Source: Phyllobates terribilis
Lineage: Eukaryota
Assembly (NCBI RefSeq): GCF_046119375.1
Contig: NW_027362768.1
Coordinates: 344,100,001 to 344,164,000, forward strand
DNA: 64,000 nucleotides
Reading direction: 5' to 3'
The stretch's first letter is position 1; every line of letters starts with the position of its first letter. This document shows, in pieces, positions 36,100-50,300 of this stretch. Below the pieces are notes generated by a model. It was not told the DNA's origin. It saw only the letters and a program-made list of their open reading frames with translations, and did not search any database. The translations under genes and the position numbers were made by a program.

Positions 36100-39000
36100 G
36101 CAGGGCGTCGCCTCTCTCTTTGGAGGGAATGACTGAGGTGCCGCCTTTCTCTGGTGGAGGGAATGACTGGGGCGCCGCCTCTCTCTGGCTGAGGGGGGGT
36201 TGGCTCACGCAGGGCGCCGCCTCTCTCTCCAGCTGAGGGGGGGAGTTTGGGGCGCTCAGGGTGCCGCCTCTCTAGCTGAGGGGGGGAGGTTGGGGCGCTC
36301 AGGGTGCCGCCTCTCTCTAGCTGAGGGGGGCCTGTGGTGCTCAGGGTGCCACCTCTCTCTAGCTGAGGGGGGGGGTTTGGGGCGCTCAGGGCGCCACCTC
36401 TCTCTAGCTGAGGGGGGGGTTGGGGTACTCAGGGTGCCGCCTCTCTCTCTAGCTGAGGGGGGGGTTGAGGTACTCAGGGTGCCGCCTCTCTCTCTAGCTG
36501 AGGAGGGGGGGGTTAGGGCGCTCAGGGTGCCGCCTCTCTCTCTAGCTGAGGAGGGGAGGGGTTGGGGCGCTCAGGGTGCCGCCTCTCTCTCTAGCTGAGG
36601 AGGGGGGGGGGTTGGGGCGCTCAGGGTGCCGCCTCTCTCTCTAGCTGAGGAGGGGGGGGTTGGGGCTCTCAGGGCGCCGCCTCTCTCTCTCTAGCTGAGG
36701 GGGGGGGGGTTGGGGCGCTCGGGGCGCCGCCTCTCTCTCTAGCTGAGGGGTGGGGCGCTCGGGGCGCCGCCTCTCTCTCTAGCTGAGGGGGGGGGGGGTT
36801 GGGGTGCTCGGGGCGCCGCCTCTCTCTCTAGCTGAGGGGTGGGGCGCCGCCTCTCTCTCTAGCTGAGGGGTGGGGCGCTCGGGGCGCCGCCTCTCTCTAG
36901 CTGAGGGGTGGGGCGCTCGGGGCGCCGCCTCTCTCTCTAGCTGGGGGGAGGGGCCCTCAGGGCGCCGCCTCTCTCTCTAGCTGGGGGGAGGGGTTGGGGC
37001 GCTCGGGGCGCTGTCACTCTCTCTAGTTGAGGGGGGGGTTGGGGCGCCGCCTCTCTCTAGTAAAGGGGGGGAGCGCTCGGGGCGCCGCCTCTCTCTAGCT
37101 GAGAGGGGGGGGTTTTGGGCGCTGCCTCTCTCTCTAGCTGAGGGGGGGGGGGTTGGGGCACTCGGGGCGCTGCCTCTCTCTCTAGCTGAGGGGGGGGGGG
37201 GTTGGGGCACTTGGAGCGCTGCCTCTCTCTCTAGCTGAGGGGGGGGTTGGGGCACTTGGGGCGCTGCCTCTCTCTCTAGCTGAGGGGGGGGGGGTTGGGG
37301 CACTCGGGGCGCTGCCTCTCTCTAGCTGAGGGGGGGGGTTGGGGCTCTCGGGGCACCGCCTCTCTCTCTAGCTGAGGGGGGGGGTTGGGGCACTCGGGGC
37401 GCCGCTTCTCTCTCTAGCTGAGGGGGGGGTAGGGGCACTCGGGGTGCCGCCTCTCTCGCTGAGGGTGGGGTTGAGGAGCTCGGGGCGCCGCCTCTCTCTA
37501 GCTGAGGGTGGGGTTGGGGAGCTCGGGGCGCCGCCTCTCTCTCTAGCTGAGGCGGGGGGGTTGGGGTGCTCAGGGCGCCGCCTCTCTCTCTAGCTGAGGG
37601 GGGGGGGGGGGGTTGGGGCGCTCAGGGCGCCGCCTCTCTCTCTAGCTGAGGGGGGTTGTGGCGCTCAGGGCGCCGCCTCTCTAGCTGAGGGGGGGGGGTT
37701 GGGGCGCTCAGGGCGCCGCCTCTCTCTCTAGCTGAGGGGGGGGGGGTTGGGGCGCTCAGGGCACCGCCTCTCTCTAGCTGAGGGGGGGGGTTGGGGTGCT
37801 CGGGGCGCCGCTTCTCTCTCTAGCTGAGGGGGGGGGGGGTTTGGGGTGCTCGGGGCGCCGCTTCTCTCTCTAGCTGAGGGGGGGGGTTTGGGGTGCTCGG
37901 GGCGCCGCTTCTCTCTCTAGCTGAGGGGGGGGGGTTTGGGGTGCTCGGGGCGCCGCTTCTCTTTCTAGCTGAGGGGGGGGGTTTGGGGTGCTCGGGGCGC
38001 CGCTTCTCTCTCTAGCTGAGGGGGGGGGGGTTTGGGGTGCTCGGGGCGCCGCTTCTCTCTCTAGCTGAGGGGGGGGGGGTTTGGGGTGCTCGGGGCGCCG
38101 CTTCTCTCTAGCTGAGGGGGGGGGGTTTGGGGTGCTCGGGGCGCCGCTTCTCTCTCTAGCTGAGGGGGGGGGTTGGGGCGCTCGGGGCGCCGCTTCTCTC
38201 TCTAGCTGAGGGGGGGGGTTGGGGCGCTCGGGGCGCCGCCTCTCTCTCTCTAGCTGAGGGGGGGGTTGGGGCGCTCGGGGCGCCGCCTCTCTCTCTCTAG
38301 CTGAGGGGGGGGATTGGGGCGCTCGGGGCGCCGCCTCTCTCTAGCTGAGGGGTGGGGCGCCGCCTCTCTCTCTAGCTGGGGGGAGGGGCCCTCAGGGCGC
38401 CGCCACTCTCTCTAGCTGGGGGGAGGGGTTGGGGCGCTCGGGGCGCTGCCACTCTCTCTAGTTGAGGGGGGGGGTTGGGGCGCCGCCTCTCTCTCTAGTA
38501 AAGGGGGGGAGCGCTCGGGGCGCCGCCTCTCTCTGGCTGAGAGGGGGGGGTTTTGGGCGCTGCCTCTCTCTAGCTGAGGGGGGCGGTTGGGGCACTCGGG
38601 CGCTGCCTCTCTCTCTAGCTGAGGGGGGGGGTTGGGGCACTCAGGCGCTGCCTCTCTCTCTAGCTGAGGGGGGGGTTGGGGCACTCGGGGCGCTGCCTCT
38701 CTCTCTAGCTGAGGGGGGGGTTGGGGCACTCGGGGTGCCGCCTCTCTCGCTGAGGGTGGGGTTGAGGAGCTCGGGGCGCCGCCTCTCTCTAGCTGAGGGT
38801 GGGGTTGGGGAGCTCGGGGCGCCGCCTCTCTCTCTAGCTGAGGGGGGGGGGTTGGGGTGCTCAGGGCGCCGCCTCTCTCTCTAGCTGAGGGGGGGGGGGT
38901 TGGGGCGCTCAGGGCGCCGCTTCTCTCTCTAGCTGAGGGGGGGGGGGGTTGGGGCGCTCAGGGCGCCGCCTCTCTCTCTAGCTGAGGGGGGGGGGGTTGG

Positions 39001-41275
39001 GGCGCTCAGGGCGCCGCCTCTCTCTCTAGCTGAGGGGGGTTGTGGCGCTCAGGGCGCCGCCTCTCTAGCTGAGGGGGGGGGGTTGGGGCGCTCAGGGCGC
39101 CGCCTCTCTCTCTAGCTGAGGGGGGGGGGTTGGGGCGCTCGGGGCACCGCTTCTCTCTCTAGCTGAGGGGGGGGGGGGGTTTGGGGTGCTCGGGGCGCCG
39201 CTTCTCTCTCTAGCTGAGGGGGGGGGTTTGGGGTGCTCGGGGCGCCGCTTCTCTCTCTAGCTGAGGGGGGGGGTTTGGGGTGCTCGGGGCGCCGCTTCTC
39301 TCTCTAGCTGAGGGGGGGGGGTTTGGGGTGCTCGGGGCGCCGCTTCTCTCTCTAGCTGAGGGGGGGGGGGGGTTTGGGGTGCTCGGGGCGCCGCTTCTCT
39401 CTCTAGCTGAAGGGGGGGTTGGGGCGCTCGGGGCGCCGCTTCTCTCTCTAGCTGAAGGGGGGGTTGGGGCGCTCGGGGCGCCGCCTCTCTCTCTCTAGCT
39501 GAGGGGGGGGGTTGGGGCGCTCGGGGCGCCGCCTCTCTCTCTCTAGCTGAGGGGGGGGGTTGGGGCGCTCGGGGCGCCGCCTCTCTCTCTCTAGCTGAGG
39601 GGGGGGATTGGGGCGCCGCCTCTCTCTCTAGCTGAGAGGTGGGGCGCCGCCTCTCTCTCTAGCTGGGGGGAGGGGCCCTCAGGGCGCCGCCTCTCTCTCT
39701 AGCTGGGGGGAGGGGCCCTCAGGGCGCCGCCACTCTCTCTAGCTGGGGGAAGGGGTTGGGGCGCTCGGGGCGCTGCCACTCTCTCTAGTTGAGGGGGGGG
39801 TTGGGGCGCCGCCTCTCTCTCTAGTAAAGGGGGGGAGCGCTCGGGGCGCCGCCTCTCTCTGGCTGAGAGGGGGGGGTTTTGGGCGCTGCCTCTCTCTCTA
39901 GCTGAGGGGGGCGGTTGGGGCACTCGGGCGCTGCCTCTCTCTCTAGCTGAGGGGGGGGGGTTGGGGCACTCGGGCGCTGCCTCTCTCTCTAGCTGAGGGG
40001 GGGGGGTTTGGGGTGCTCGGGGCGCCGCTTCTCTCTCTAGCTGAGGGGGGGGGGGTTTGGGGTGCTCGGGGCGCCGCTTCTCTCTCTAGCTGAAGGGGGG
40101 GTTGGGGCGCTCGGGGCGCCGCTTCTCTCTCTAGCTGAAGGGGGGGTTGGGGCGCTCGGGGCGCCGCCTCTCTCTCTAGCTGAGGGGGGGGGTTGGGGCG
40201 CTCGGGGCGCCGCCTCTCTCTCTCTAGCTGAGGGGGGGGGTTGGGGCGCTCGGGGCGCCGCCTCTCTCTCTCTAGCTGAGGGGGGGGTTGGGGCGCTCGG
40301 GGCGCCGCCTCTCTCTCTCTAGCTGAGGGGGGGGATTGGGGCGCCGCCTCTCTCTCTAGCTGAGAGGTGGGGCGCCGCCTCTCTCTCTAGCTGGGGGGAG
40401 GGGCCCTCAGGGCGCCGCCACTCTCTCTAGCTGGGGGGAGGGGTTGGGGCGCTGCCACTCTCTCTAGTTGAGGGGGGGGTTGGGGCGCCGCCTCTCTCTC
40501 TAGTAAAGGGGGGGAGCGCTCGGGGCGCCGCCTCTCTCTGGCTGAGAGGGGGGGGTTTTGGGCGCTGCCTCTCTCTCTAGCTGAGGGGGGCGGTTGGGGC
40601 ACTCGGGCGCTGCCTCTCTCTCTAGCTGAGGGGGGGGGGTTGGAGCACTCGGGCGCTGCCTCTCTCTCTAGCTGAGGGGGGGGTTGGGGCACTCGGGGCG
40701 CTGCCTCTCTCTCTAGCTGAGGGGGGGGGTTGGGGCACTCGGGGCGCTGCCTCTCTCTCTAGCTGAGGGGGGGGTTGGGGCACTCGGGGCGCCGCCTCTC
40801 TCTAGCTGAGGGGGGGGGTTGGGGCACTCGGGGCGCCGCTTCTCTCTCTAGCTGAGGGGGGGGGGGGTTGGGGCACTCGGGGCGCCGCTTCTCTCTCTAG
40901 CTGAGGGGGGGGGGTTGGGGCACTCGGGGTGCCGCCTCTCTCGCTGAGGGTGGGGTTGAGGAGCTCGGGGCGCCGCCTCTCTCTAGCTGAGGGTGGGGTT
41001 GGGGAGCTCGGGGCGCCGCCTCTCTCTCTAGCTGAGGGTGGTGTTGGGGCGCTAGGGGCGCCGCCTCTCTCTAGCTGAGGGGGGGGGTTGGGGTGCTCGG
41101 GGCGCTGCCTCTCTCTCTAGCTGAGGGGGGGGTTGGGGCACCGCCTCTCTCTAGCTGTGGTGGGGGGGGGGTTTAGGGCGCCGCCTCTCTCTCTCTCTCT
41201 CTAGCTGAGGGGGGGGGGATTGGAGCGCTCAGGGCGCCACCTCTCTCTCTAGCTGGGGGGGGGGGGGGGCACTCG
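36100..41275 (+). repeat. G-rich ~45-bp tandem array, ~5.2 kb, ~115 units, ARL6IP5 intron 1
   Basis: Unit CTAGCTGA-G(6-13)-TT-GGGG-CGCTC-GGGG-CGCCGCC-(TC)n with variable G and TC run lengths. Confidence 0.96.
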
Positions 41276-42075
41276 CTGTAGAAGCAGGCCGCCTATTTTG
41301 ACCTATAAACACTTTTCCCCCAGGTTGTTCTCTGTTGGAGCCTTGGGCTCAATATAGAGTCAGAACTTCAGCCCAACCAAGGATCGATCCTCTGACACAC
41401 TGATTTGCCCGTCTGACCTTAATGCCAGCCATATAAAAAAATATATATGTTGAAAAGGTTGACTACAATTAAAAAAAACTTGACTCCATTCTTCCTGAAA
41501 CAGCGCCACACCTGCCTTTGGGTTGAATCCGGTATTACAGCTCAGCCTTAGTGTAATGGATCTGAGCTGCAAAACCAGACACAACTCATGGACAGGTGTG
41601 ACTCTGTGTTGGAAAGGACGCAGCCTTGTTTTTCTGATGTGGTCCAACCTCTTAAAAAGAAAGTGGATTAACAGGATTTTTGAGCACATGTCATGGGTGA
41701 ACGTCCACTTTAAATTGCCTTCTGGTTTCACATTTTTATTTGTTTCTAATAAAAACATATAGAATTATCACCCAAAAAAGTGCTGTAAGAAGCAGGGTAT
41801 ATTAATAGGAAATTGCGCAGTCAGTTTAATAACTTGGTCTCATAAAGGTATAAATCCAGGAGTATTGTTTGTCTTCCTAATCAGGTTGCATATATGTATA
41901 TCTGAGGTTTTATATGCACAGTGCACTTTTTTGGGTGATAATTCTATGTTTTTATTAGAAACAAATAAAACATTGATATTTTAACCTCTTGCTACTATCT
42001 TCTGATTTATAATTGAGGTTATCTATATTAGCTGAATTGTTGGTTTCACATTTTCTCTTCTGTTTTCCGCCTTAG

Positions 42076-42293
42076 GTTTCTGAGTCCTCTCAACATGCTC
42101 CTGGGTGCCACCATCGTCGTCCTGGTCTTCCTGGGGTTCGTGTGGACGTCGCACAATAAGGATATTTTCCGTAAATTTAAGAAGCAGTACCCCACTCTGT
42201 TCATCATGTCCATCATGCTGTCCAGCTACTTCGTCATCTCCATGTTCGGAGGAGTGATGGTGTTTGTGTTCGGCATTACGTTCCCACTTTTAT
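42076..42293 (+). CDS. ARL6IP5: ARL6IP5 exon 2 (218 nt)
   Basis: Acceptor TTTTCCGCCTTAG. Reads (G)[72 protein letters not shown]. Donor T|GTAAGT at 42294. Confidence 0.97.
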
Positions 42294-42660
42294 GTAAGTT
42301 GTATGTTATATACTTTATTTTTTATAGTGTGTTGTATTTTTTTTCCGTAATGGCCGGTGGATTTATAAAAACGTAAAGGGAAGCTGACCCCTGATTCATG
42401 CTGCCTGCGGTTTGGGCAACAGTTTCCCTTTTAACTTTGCTATGGAAAGCATAATTTCAGTATTTTATACATACGAGCTACTAATTAAACTAGTTCTTAA
42501 AGGGGTTGTCCAGGACTGCTCAGAGCCTCTTATAATGGGGAGGGTATAGTGTGGTCTTCTTGAAACAATCCCTTAAAATATAAAGCGGACTTGCCAAGGT
42601 TGAAGACGTGATCTAATGTAGCTGTCGTTAACCTTGTCTTCCTATTTTCTTGCCCACTAG

Positions 42661-42833
42661 TGATGTTCGTCCACGCTTCTCTGAGGCTCCGCAACGTAAA
42701 GAACAAGGTGGAGAACAAAATCGAAAGCGTCGGCTTAAAGAAGACTCCGATGGGGATTGTACTGGAAGCCCTGGAACAACAGGAGGAAAACTTTGCAAAA
42801 ATTGCTGCCGTCATAAATAAAGTGAAGGAATGA
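42661..42833 (+). CDS. ARL6IP5: ARL6IP5 exon 3 coding part (173 nt, stop TGA)
   Basis: Acceptor TTTTCTTGCCCACTAG. Reads (L)[56 protein letters not shown]. Spliced total 567 nt = 188 aa. Confidence 0.97.
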
Positions 42834-43382
42834 GCACGAGCGTCCCCGACCTCTCCCCCTACAGAACCCTACGCTCCTCCGTCATGTACCATCTGAGGTT
42901 ATCTTTGTTTCAGTTGTGTGTATTGGGGGCAGCACCTCACTGCCATCTTTCCTCCCCCCTATCCTGTCGGTCCAACACAGAGACCTGATTTTTCTTTTGT
43001 ACGGTGTGTGATGTGGTTACCCCGCTACTATCTCTACAATGGGGTCAGCTGCTTTTTTTTTTTTTTTAAGTATCTTATAGTAAAACCTACCGACACACCC
43101 TCTTGTGTGGTCTTAGAGATATAGGGAGGACCACTCCACTCAGTCAGGTGTCACGAACCCCCCTCTTACCACCCTAAAAAAAAAAAAGTATTATCAGGTC
43201 ATGGAAATGTTAATTTTTGCCGGTACAGAGGAACGCCCATTTTTGTAGGGGGTCATATGTCTATTTTAAAATTCAGTTTTTGTGGGGTTTTCGTTTTACC
43301 TCTATGACAAAGCCCCCTATATGATATTCTTTCATTGCACTTTACTGCGTCTGTTACAAAAAAAAATAGTGACCACTGTGCA

Positions 43383-43388
43383 AATAAA
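43383..43388 (+). terminator. Candidate ARL6IP5 polyadenylation signal
   Basis: First AATAAA I found after the stop codon, ~550 nt downstream. Confidence 0.55.
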
Positions 43389-46300
43389 GTTTATTGAAGA
43401 GGAAAAAAATGAGTGTCCGAGTGCAAAGTAATTCGGACCTTGTCTTAAACCGGCCATAAACAATAGCAAAAGGGACATTTACACTGCAGTATTGTCATGT
43501 ATGAGTGTTTTTACAACTGCACGTTTCACAATTATCTTGCACTCTCCCGACGACGATTGAGCAAAATGTCTCTTGTTCGTCAGGTGAAATGATTAAGTGG
43601 GCTTAAAAATGTAACATTTTCGGCAGCACATCGTCCTGTGTAACCAGGATTCGTGCTGCCGACCACAATGGAGGATCTATTACAGACCGAGCGTCCGGTT
43701 TGTGTAAATGGGATATTTTACCGTGAGCCTGTTTGAGTAAGTGGACCCTAAGTGTTTACAGATTCGGCAGAGAGTGGTCTATTGGGACAGATGGGCTGGT
43801 GCCGGGCATCACCAGCGCCGGATAATCTCCTGCGGGTTCACTTTTATTAGCGAAGGCAAATTTGAGATCCGGAGTCGCCATGTAAAGCCCAGAGGCTGTC
43901 GGCGTTAATGAACACACACATTGCCCAACAATCATTGCCCACATCTGGTCCTCTTCAGTAAACTTTGTGTTGCCCTTGGGTCCCATTAACCCATTTTATC
44001 ACCCGCGCTCCTTCCGATCAGATCGGCGTTTTGCGCTCCAATTCATACTGACGCATAAATAGCAATTCCATAAAAGCCTGTAGGTATAGAGCTGACGACT
44101 AAACGTTCCCCATGGACAAAGCACTATAGCCTTTGATGTCGGAGTTGATAGGTTGCAAGATGACGCCTTAACAAACGCTCACCCTTTAAGGGAACTGATG
44201 GGGACGATGACCTGCGATGAGGGACCGACACCCGTATTAAAAAAAGAAAAAGCTGCCATTCCTTTTCCTTTCCAATCTTGGACGATTGTTCGTTGCTCTA
44301 CATATTTATCTTTCTCCCATTTTTGTTTCATATTTATTATTTCTAATTATATTTATCCTAATATATATTTTCCTGCGATTTTTGTACATGAATAAGGCAA
44401 AGTCTATGCAAATCCTTAGAAACCATCAATTTGAGCTTTAACCATTTTTTTTGTTTGCACTAAATATGGCAGGGTGGTCCTCTCTGAAAATATAAGTCCC
44501 AGCATGCTCTGACAAACTGGGGACTGGCCGGATCATGACTGGGGTCGGGGGGCCGCTCGTTCTCTGTAACTCTCTCCTTCCCTGACTGACACTGGTTCTG
44601 TAAAAGTGTATAGAAAATAAGATTGGGGTGTACGACTAATTTTCCTAATGTTGAAGGTCTCGTGCGTCCCCGCTAATGGTGGAGCAGTCGGCCATTCTGT
44701 AGCGCCCTGGAGTGATAACCTTCAAGGGGGTCACTTTGTCCAAAAGGAGTATTTAAAGGGGTTTAAAAACTTCACAAAAGGGAGGCATTTTTGGAAAAGT
44801 ATCCGCACTGCCAATCTCCAACGGATCGAATGAGATGATGATGCCACAATTACCACTCCTTGGCCTCGGCCTTCGAGCCACTGGCCTCATCTCTTCTTGT
44901 TTAGTGGAGTTGGGTGGATTCTGGGGTTCTTTAGTTTTTTCTTCCACTGTTTGAGTTAAACAACGTCCTTCTTAAATTCTATAGTTCCCTATGTAAAATA
45001 ATGGAAAAAAAAACAAAACCTTATACTCCGAACGCCACCCCCCCCCTCTCCCTCCCTACACCCCATCCTGCACTTGTGAGAGAATTGTGACCATTGACTG
45101 TTTTCTTTTACATGGGGGATTAAAGAATTTAAGTAATGGGTGACCCCCTTTTAAGATTTAGAGAGTGCTGGAAAAACTAGGAAACTGCCTTTCTGTGTTT
45201 GTCACTTGGTCACCATTGCTGCTCCCATAGGGGCTTGTCTCTGCTGGTGGAGAGGGGTGAGACTTTTATAGTTGAGGGAACCCTTTGGGTAGGACAGGGG
45301 ACCTGGGGATTTGTATCTATGTCTTTTATTTGACGCTTTATCTACTAGGAATGTAAAAAAAAAAAAAAAAAAAAATCTTCTCATAACCATGGCTTCTCCA
45401 TTATGCTACCTCTCTGCTTTTGCAGCATCATGTCTGCGGTAGGTCACATTAGTCTAATCTACGTCTTGTCGCTCAAAATCCAACAAGGACCACTAACCTG
45501 CTGAGTACAGCAAAGTCCAAAAAATGCTGATCCTCGGGGGCGGTCCTCAGCTGACCATCCCAGGAGGAACTCCTATGTCATGGGCAATGCTCTGCAGACA
45601 AGGAGATGTATTTTTTCACTGCTGTCATTCCTGCTTCACCACTGATAAGTTTTCCTCCTTGGAAACTCTTTTTTTTTTTTAAAAGACCACCCACTCTTTT
45701 TTTCCTTTTGCCCCCATAGAACTTCTCCTTGAGCAGCGGGGAGTGGGTGCCATTGCGTGTCGGACCTGTTAATAGGGCTTCTAAGTAACATCCTGGTTTT
45801 CCTTTTTTCCTCTGATCCCATATGTAAAATTCTGGAAACCTACTGTATACCCCCCATATAGTGTCTTTTTCATCCCAAACAGCAGACCTTTTCTAAAAAA
45901 ATACTAACTTTTTTATAAATGTGCATGGTTTTAAGAATACTGTTTCCCCCCCAGACCACCACCTTTTTTTTTTTTTTTCTTTTAATACAGCAGTGTTCAC
46001 ATTGAAGTTTTTAGCGTTTTTTTTTTTTTTTTTGCATATCCACTCCAAATTCCTCCAATTCTTCCTATACCTTTCTAAAAGAAATCCACTTTGCTGTTCA
46101 TATGACAAGTTTTAAGTTTTGGGGTTTTTTTTTGTCCTGAAGAGGTTTTGACAAATACCTGGTAAAAAAGAAAAGTGCACCCTCTGAAAGAAACATCACC
46201 AAAACTAGGCAGGCTGCAAAAAGAACTCTTCGCAGGAAAAAAAAAATCCCTCAAAAAGTAATTTCCTGAAGGGTTTCTGCTTGAAATACGCAAAAAAAAA

Positions 46301-47304
46301 ACCCTGCTGTGTGAACTTTGTCTTTATGATTCAGTGCTAGATTTCCTAGCGGCAATCCCCTCTACCCAGGGTGGGATTATTCTACACCCAAAAACTTTAG
46401 GCAAGAATGGAAAACTCAAGTGGGATTTAAGCGAGCTTTTTGGGACTTTAATTTTGATAGCCCACTTAAAGGGACAGGTCTTCAGTAGCGGATCCATGTG
46501 GACCAGACTCCTGACACCTATTGATCGAAGGAGCTCATGACATGGTTTAGTGGCCATGAAGGGTACTGCAAGCTCCCACCCTTTCATTGTATCAGAATGC
46601 TTGCAGTACCATTCACAACCACTATGCGATGTATGGCGCTGGGAAACACTAGGAAGCTGACCTTTTCTTTTCAGTCTCGGACTGCTCCTTTAAGACTTCT
46701 GCATTCCGAGCGGCTTGCTCTTATTGATTTGCATACAAGGGATTTTCTTCTTGTTCTACACCTTTTCTGTACATAATATGGTCTTGTAGTATTACCTAGG
46801 GCCGAGGCGTTACTGACTCAATGGTGACGAGAAAAACTAGCACTTCTAGCAGCTATGCATGAGTAAAGTCTAGTATCAGTGCAATATTTCACACGTGTAT
46901 GGAAGCTTGGAAATGAGAAGCAACTTACCAATAAACTGAAACCTGACAAAAACTGGAGTTTTGGGTGTTTTTATTTTCTTTTTATATTGTGGTAGTCAAT
47001 TGCTGCCGGATGTCTCTACAGTGGCGTACCTAGGAAGGTAGATGTCCGAGGCCCCTCCTGAGCTGGGGCTGATGCTCCTCACTACTCATAGAGGATTGAG
47101 AAGAGGCCCCGAGGTACAGCTGTCACTATGGTATTCAGGGTGGGGGAAGGCACTGGCTTATTTTAAGTGCCAAAAATAAATACTGAAACAAATTTGTCAG
47201 AAATGATTTTCTTTGTGTGTATGAGAAGCACTAAGGCTCCTGGTATTATACAGAAGAGTTTAACTTGACAGCCAAGTCTCTGATTTACCTTGAAGACGTA
47301 TACT

Positions 47305-50300
47305 TCAGAGCTGCACTCACTATTCTGCTTGTGCAGTCACTGTGTATATATATTACATTACTGATCCTGAGTTATATCCTGTATTATACCCCAGAGCTGC
47401 ACTCACTATCCTGCTGGTACAGTCACTGTGTACATACATTACATTACTGATCCTGTACTGATCCTGAGTTATATCCTGTATTATACTCCAGAGCTGCACT
47501 CACTATTCTGCTGGTGCAGTCACTGTGTACATACATTACACTACTGATCCTGAGTTACATCCTGTATTATACTCCAGAGCTGCACTCACTATTCTGCTGG
47601 TGGAATCACTGTGTACATACATTACATTACTGATCCTGCACTGATCCTGAGTTACATCCTGTATTATACTCCAGAGCTGCACTCACTATTCTGCTGGTGC
47701 AGTCACTGTGTACATACATTACATTACTGATCCTGAGTTACATCCTGTATTATACTCTAGAGCTGCACTCACTATTCTGCTTGTGCAGTCACTGTGTACA
47801 TACATTACATTACTTATCCTGAGTTACATCCTGTATTATACTCCAGAGCTGCACTCACTATTCTGCTGGTGAAGTCACTGTGTATATACATTACATTACT
47901 GATCCTGAGTTACATCCTGTATTATACTCCAGAGCTGCACTCATTATTCTGCTGGTGCAGTCACTGTGTACATACATTACATTACTGCTCCTGTACTGAT
48001 CCTGAGTTACATCCTGTATTATACCCCAGAGCTGCACTCACTATTCTGCTGGTGCAGTCACTGTGTATATACATTACATTACTGATCCTGAGTTACATCC
48101 TGTATTATACTCCAGAGCTGCACTCACTATTCTGCTGGTGCAGTCACTGTGTACATACATTACATTACTGATCCTGAGTTACATCCTGTATTATACTCCA
48201 GAGCTGCACTCACTATTGTGCTGGTGCAGTCACTGTGTACATACATTACATTACTGATCCTGAGTTACATCCTGTATTATACTCCAGAGCTGCACTCACT
48301 ATTCTGCTGGTGCAGTCACTGTGTAAATACATTACATTACTGATCCTGAGTTACATCCTGTATTATACTCTAGAGCTGCACTCACTATTCTGCTGGTGCA
48401 GTCACTGTGTACATACATTACATTACTGATCCTGAGTTACATCCTGTATTATACTCCAGAGCTGCACTCACTATTCTGCTGGTGCAGTCACTGTGTACAT
48501 ACATTACATTACTGATCCTGAGTTACATCTTGTATTATACTCCAGAGCTGCACTCACTATTCTGCTGGTGCAGTCACTGTGTACATACATTACATTACTG
48601 TTCCTGTACTGATCCTGAGTTACATCCTGTATTATACCCCAGAGCTGCACTCACTATTCTGCTGGTGCAGTCACTGTGTACATACATTACATTACTGCTC
48701 CTGTACTGATCCTGAGTTACATCCTGTATTATACTCCAGAGCTGCACTCACTATTCTGCTGGTGCAGTCACTGTGTACATACATTACATTACTGATCCTG
48801 TACTGATCCTGAGTTACATCCTGTATTATACTCCATAGCTGCACTCACTATTCTGCTGGTGCAGTCACTGTGTATATACATTACATTACTGATCCTGAGT
48901 TACATCCTGTATTATACTCCAGAGCTGCACTCACTATTCTGCTGGTGCAGTCACTGTGTACATACATTACATTACTGATCCTGTACTGATCCTGAGTTAC
49001 ATCCTGTATTATACCCCAGAGCTGCACTCACTATTCTGCTGGTGCAGTCACTGTGTACATACATTACATTACTGATCCTGTACTGATCCTGAGTTACATC
49101 CTGTATTATACTCCAGAGCTGCACTCACTATTCTGCTGGTGCAGTCACTGTGTACATACATTACATTACTGCTCCTGTACTGATCCTGAGTTACATCCTG
49201 TATTATACCCCAGAGCTGCACTCACTATTCTGCTGGTGCAGTCACTGTGTACATACATTACATTACTGATCCTGTACTGATCCTGAGTTACATCCTGTAT
49301 TATACTCCAGAGCTGCACTCACTATTCTGCTGGTGCAGTCACTGTGTACATACATTACATTACTGATCCTGAGTTACATCCTGTATTATACTCCAGAGCT
49401 GCACTCACTATTCTGCTGGTGCAGTCACTGTGTAAATACATTACATTACTGATCCTGAGTTACATCCTGTATTATACTCCAGAGCTGCACTCACTATTCT
49501 GCTGGTGCAGTCACTGTGTACATACATTACATTACTGATCCTGTACTGATCCTGAGTTACATCCTGTATTATACTCTAGAGCTACAGTCACTTCTGCTGG
49601 TGCAGTCACTGTGTACATACATTACATTACTGATCCGGAGTTACATCCTGTATTATACTCCAGAGCTGCACTCACTATTGTGCTGGTGCAGTCACTGTGT
49701 ACATACATTACATTACTGATCCTGAGTTACATCCTGTATTATACTCTAGAGCTGCACTCACTATTCTGCTGGTGCAGTCACTGTGTACATACATTACATT
49801 ACTGATCCTGAGTTACATCCTGTATTATACTCCAGAGCTGCACTCACTATTCTGCTGGTGCAGTCACTGTGTACATACATTACATTACTGATCCTGAGTT
49901 ACATCTTGTATTATACTCCAGAGCTGCACTCACTATTCTGCTGGTGCAGTCACGGTGTACATACATTACATTACTGCTCCTGTACTGATCCTGAGTTACA
50001 TCCTGTATTATACCCCAGAGCTGCACTCACTATTCTGCTGGTGCAGTTACTGTGTACATACATTACATTACTGATCCTGAGTTGCCTCCTGTATTATACT
50101 CCAGAGCTGCACTCACTATTCTGCTGGTGCAGTCACTGTGTACATTACATTACTGATCCTGAGTTACATCCTGTATTATACTCCAGAGCTGCACTCACTA
50201 TTCTGCTGGTGCAGTCACTGTGTACATACATTACATTACTGATCCTGAGTTACATCCTGTATTATACTCCAGAGCTGCACTCATTATTCTGCTGGTGCAT

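Noticed and set aside
36200-40692. Gly/Ala/Pro-rich ORFs (LSLAEGG, PPPSARER)
   Set aside because: Translations of the G-rich array, with frame set by homopolymer length.
42294-42376. ORF-track extension of ARL6IP5 exon 2 (CKLYVIYF...)
   Set aside because: Read-through past a consensus GTAAGT donor into intron 2.
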